From Bacilli bacterium (GTDB lineage Bacteria > Bacillota_I > Bacilli_A > ML615J-28 > CAG-698), in NCBI GenBank assembly GCA_050953065.1, contig JBMNLZ010000001.1, positions 224,001-288,000 on the forward strand: a DNA stretch of 64,000 nucleotides, read 5' to 3'. The first letter of the stretch is position 1. Each line of letters opens with the position of its first letter. A model generated the notes under the pieces. It did not search any database. It saw only the letters and a program-made list of their open reading frames with translations, and was not told the DNA's origin. Below, piece after piece: positions 63,286-64,000 of this stretch. The translations under genes were made by a program, and so were the position numbers.

Positions 63286-63314
63286 ATATTACCACAATAT
63301 TATTAGTTTGTCAG
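63286..63314 (-). promoter_or_regulatory. putative sigmaA promoter of the rSAM operon
   Basis: CTGACA-17 nt-TAATAT with TG extension. Confidence 0.55.
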
Positions 63315-63386
63315 TTATTTTTAAAATATATTGATTTATAAGGTCTTTTTAGTTAAAATATATATGTTATAAGAATAGGAGATTTT

Positions 63387-64000
63387 ATGAAAGTACTAGG
63401 CCTAATAATGGAAATTAATCCTCTTCATAATGGTCATATATATTTTATAAACCAAGCTAAAGCATTAACTAATCCTGATTTTACAATAGTTGTTATGAGT
63501 TCTAATTTTACTATGCGTGGTGAAACCATGATTATGAATAAATTTGCACGTACTGAACTCCTATTAGCAAATGGAGCTGATTTAGTTTTTGAGTTACCTT
63601 TTTTAAGTGCTGTGAATAGTGCTGATCTTTTCGGACTAAATGCTATTAGTATTCTTAAAAATCTTCAAACAACACATATTGCGTTTGGAGCAGAACTTAG
63701 TGACTTAAGTAAATTAAAAACTATTTCAAATCTTTTAAAATCTAAAAAATTTAATTCTGAAATTCAAAACTTTTTAAAACTAGGAAACTCCTATGCAAGC
63801 AGCGCGCTTAAAACATTAACTTTATTAACTAAAGATAAAGAAATAATTACAAATTTTGCATTACCAAATAACACTCTAGCAATTCAATATATAAGCGCTG
63901 CTGATAAGTTAAACTATCCATTAGATTTTTTTCCTATTAAAAGAATCGGTAATAATTACTACGATAAAAATATTACTAGTAAAATAGCTAGCGCTACTGC
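63387..64000 (+). CDS. tmcAL: tRNA(Met) cytidine acetate ligase (HIGH nucleotidyltransferase), partial
   Basis: Not in the ORF track. Manual translation MKVLGLIMEINPLHNGH...VMSSNFTMRGEP...GADLVFELP...PNNTLAIQY; AGGAG SD; runs off the window end. Confidence 0.88.
   Translation, partial: MKVLGLIMEINPLHNGHIYFINQAKALTNPDFTIVVMSSNFTMRGETMIMNKFARTELLLANGADLVFELPFLSAVNSADLFGLNAISILKNLQTTHIAFGAELSDLSKLKTISNLLKSKKFNSEIQNFLKLGNSYASSALKTLTLLTKDKEIITNFALPNNTLAIQYISAADKLNYPLDFFPIKRIGNNYYDKNITSKIASAT

Noticed and set aside
63274-63386. Searched for a precursor peptide gene upstream of the rSAM
   Set aside because: The 113-bp gap holds divergent promoter-like elements and no credible ORF with an SD.

Overview
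Very AT-rich bacterial chromosomal segment read in genetic code 11: TGA ends ilvB, aroQ, thyA and others. Most genes lie on the minus strand. PolC, an A. laidlawii-type Dgs glycolipid synthase, an L20 leader and the composition suggest a reduced Bacilli/Acholeplasmatales-like (Mollicutes-related) organism; this is an inference. Housekeeping content: ilvBNCD-leuA, cysKE, rubrerythrin, gap, aroQ, polC, coaD, a full glycogen operon (glgBCDAP plus a GH13 enzyme and dgs), infC-rpmI-rplT, pdp, plsC, folA, thyA, trmL, queG, a two-subunit class I fumarase, murI and tmcAL. No tRNA, rRNA, CRISPR array or mobile element was seen. Most notable: (1) a self-contained four-gene RiPP-like maturation operon (radical SAM/SPASM, HprK-like kinase, PqqD/RRE, S24/S26 peptidase) with no precursor, cyclase or transporter, converging on a membrane protein with Tyr/Asn/Gln-rich YxxP tandem repeats; (2) an operon for a secreted protein with an aerolysin/ETX-like beta pattern, a lipoprotein and an ABC transporter; (3) a 1675-aa CvpA-anchored acidic solenoid-like protein; (4) a glutamate-racemase paralog lacking both catalytic cysteines near an intact murI; (5) unusual translational-control structures before glgC and ilvB. 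All family calls come from motif recognition by eye, not database searches.
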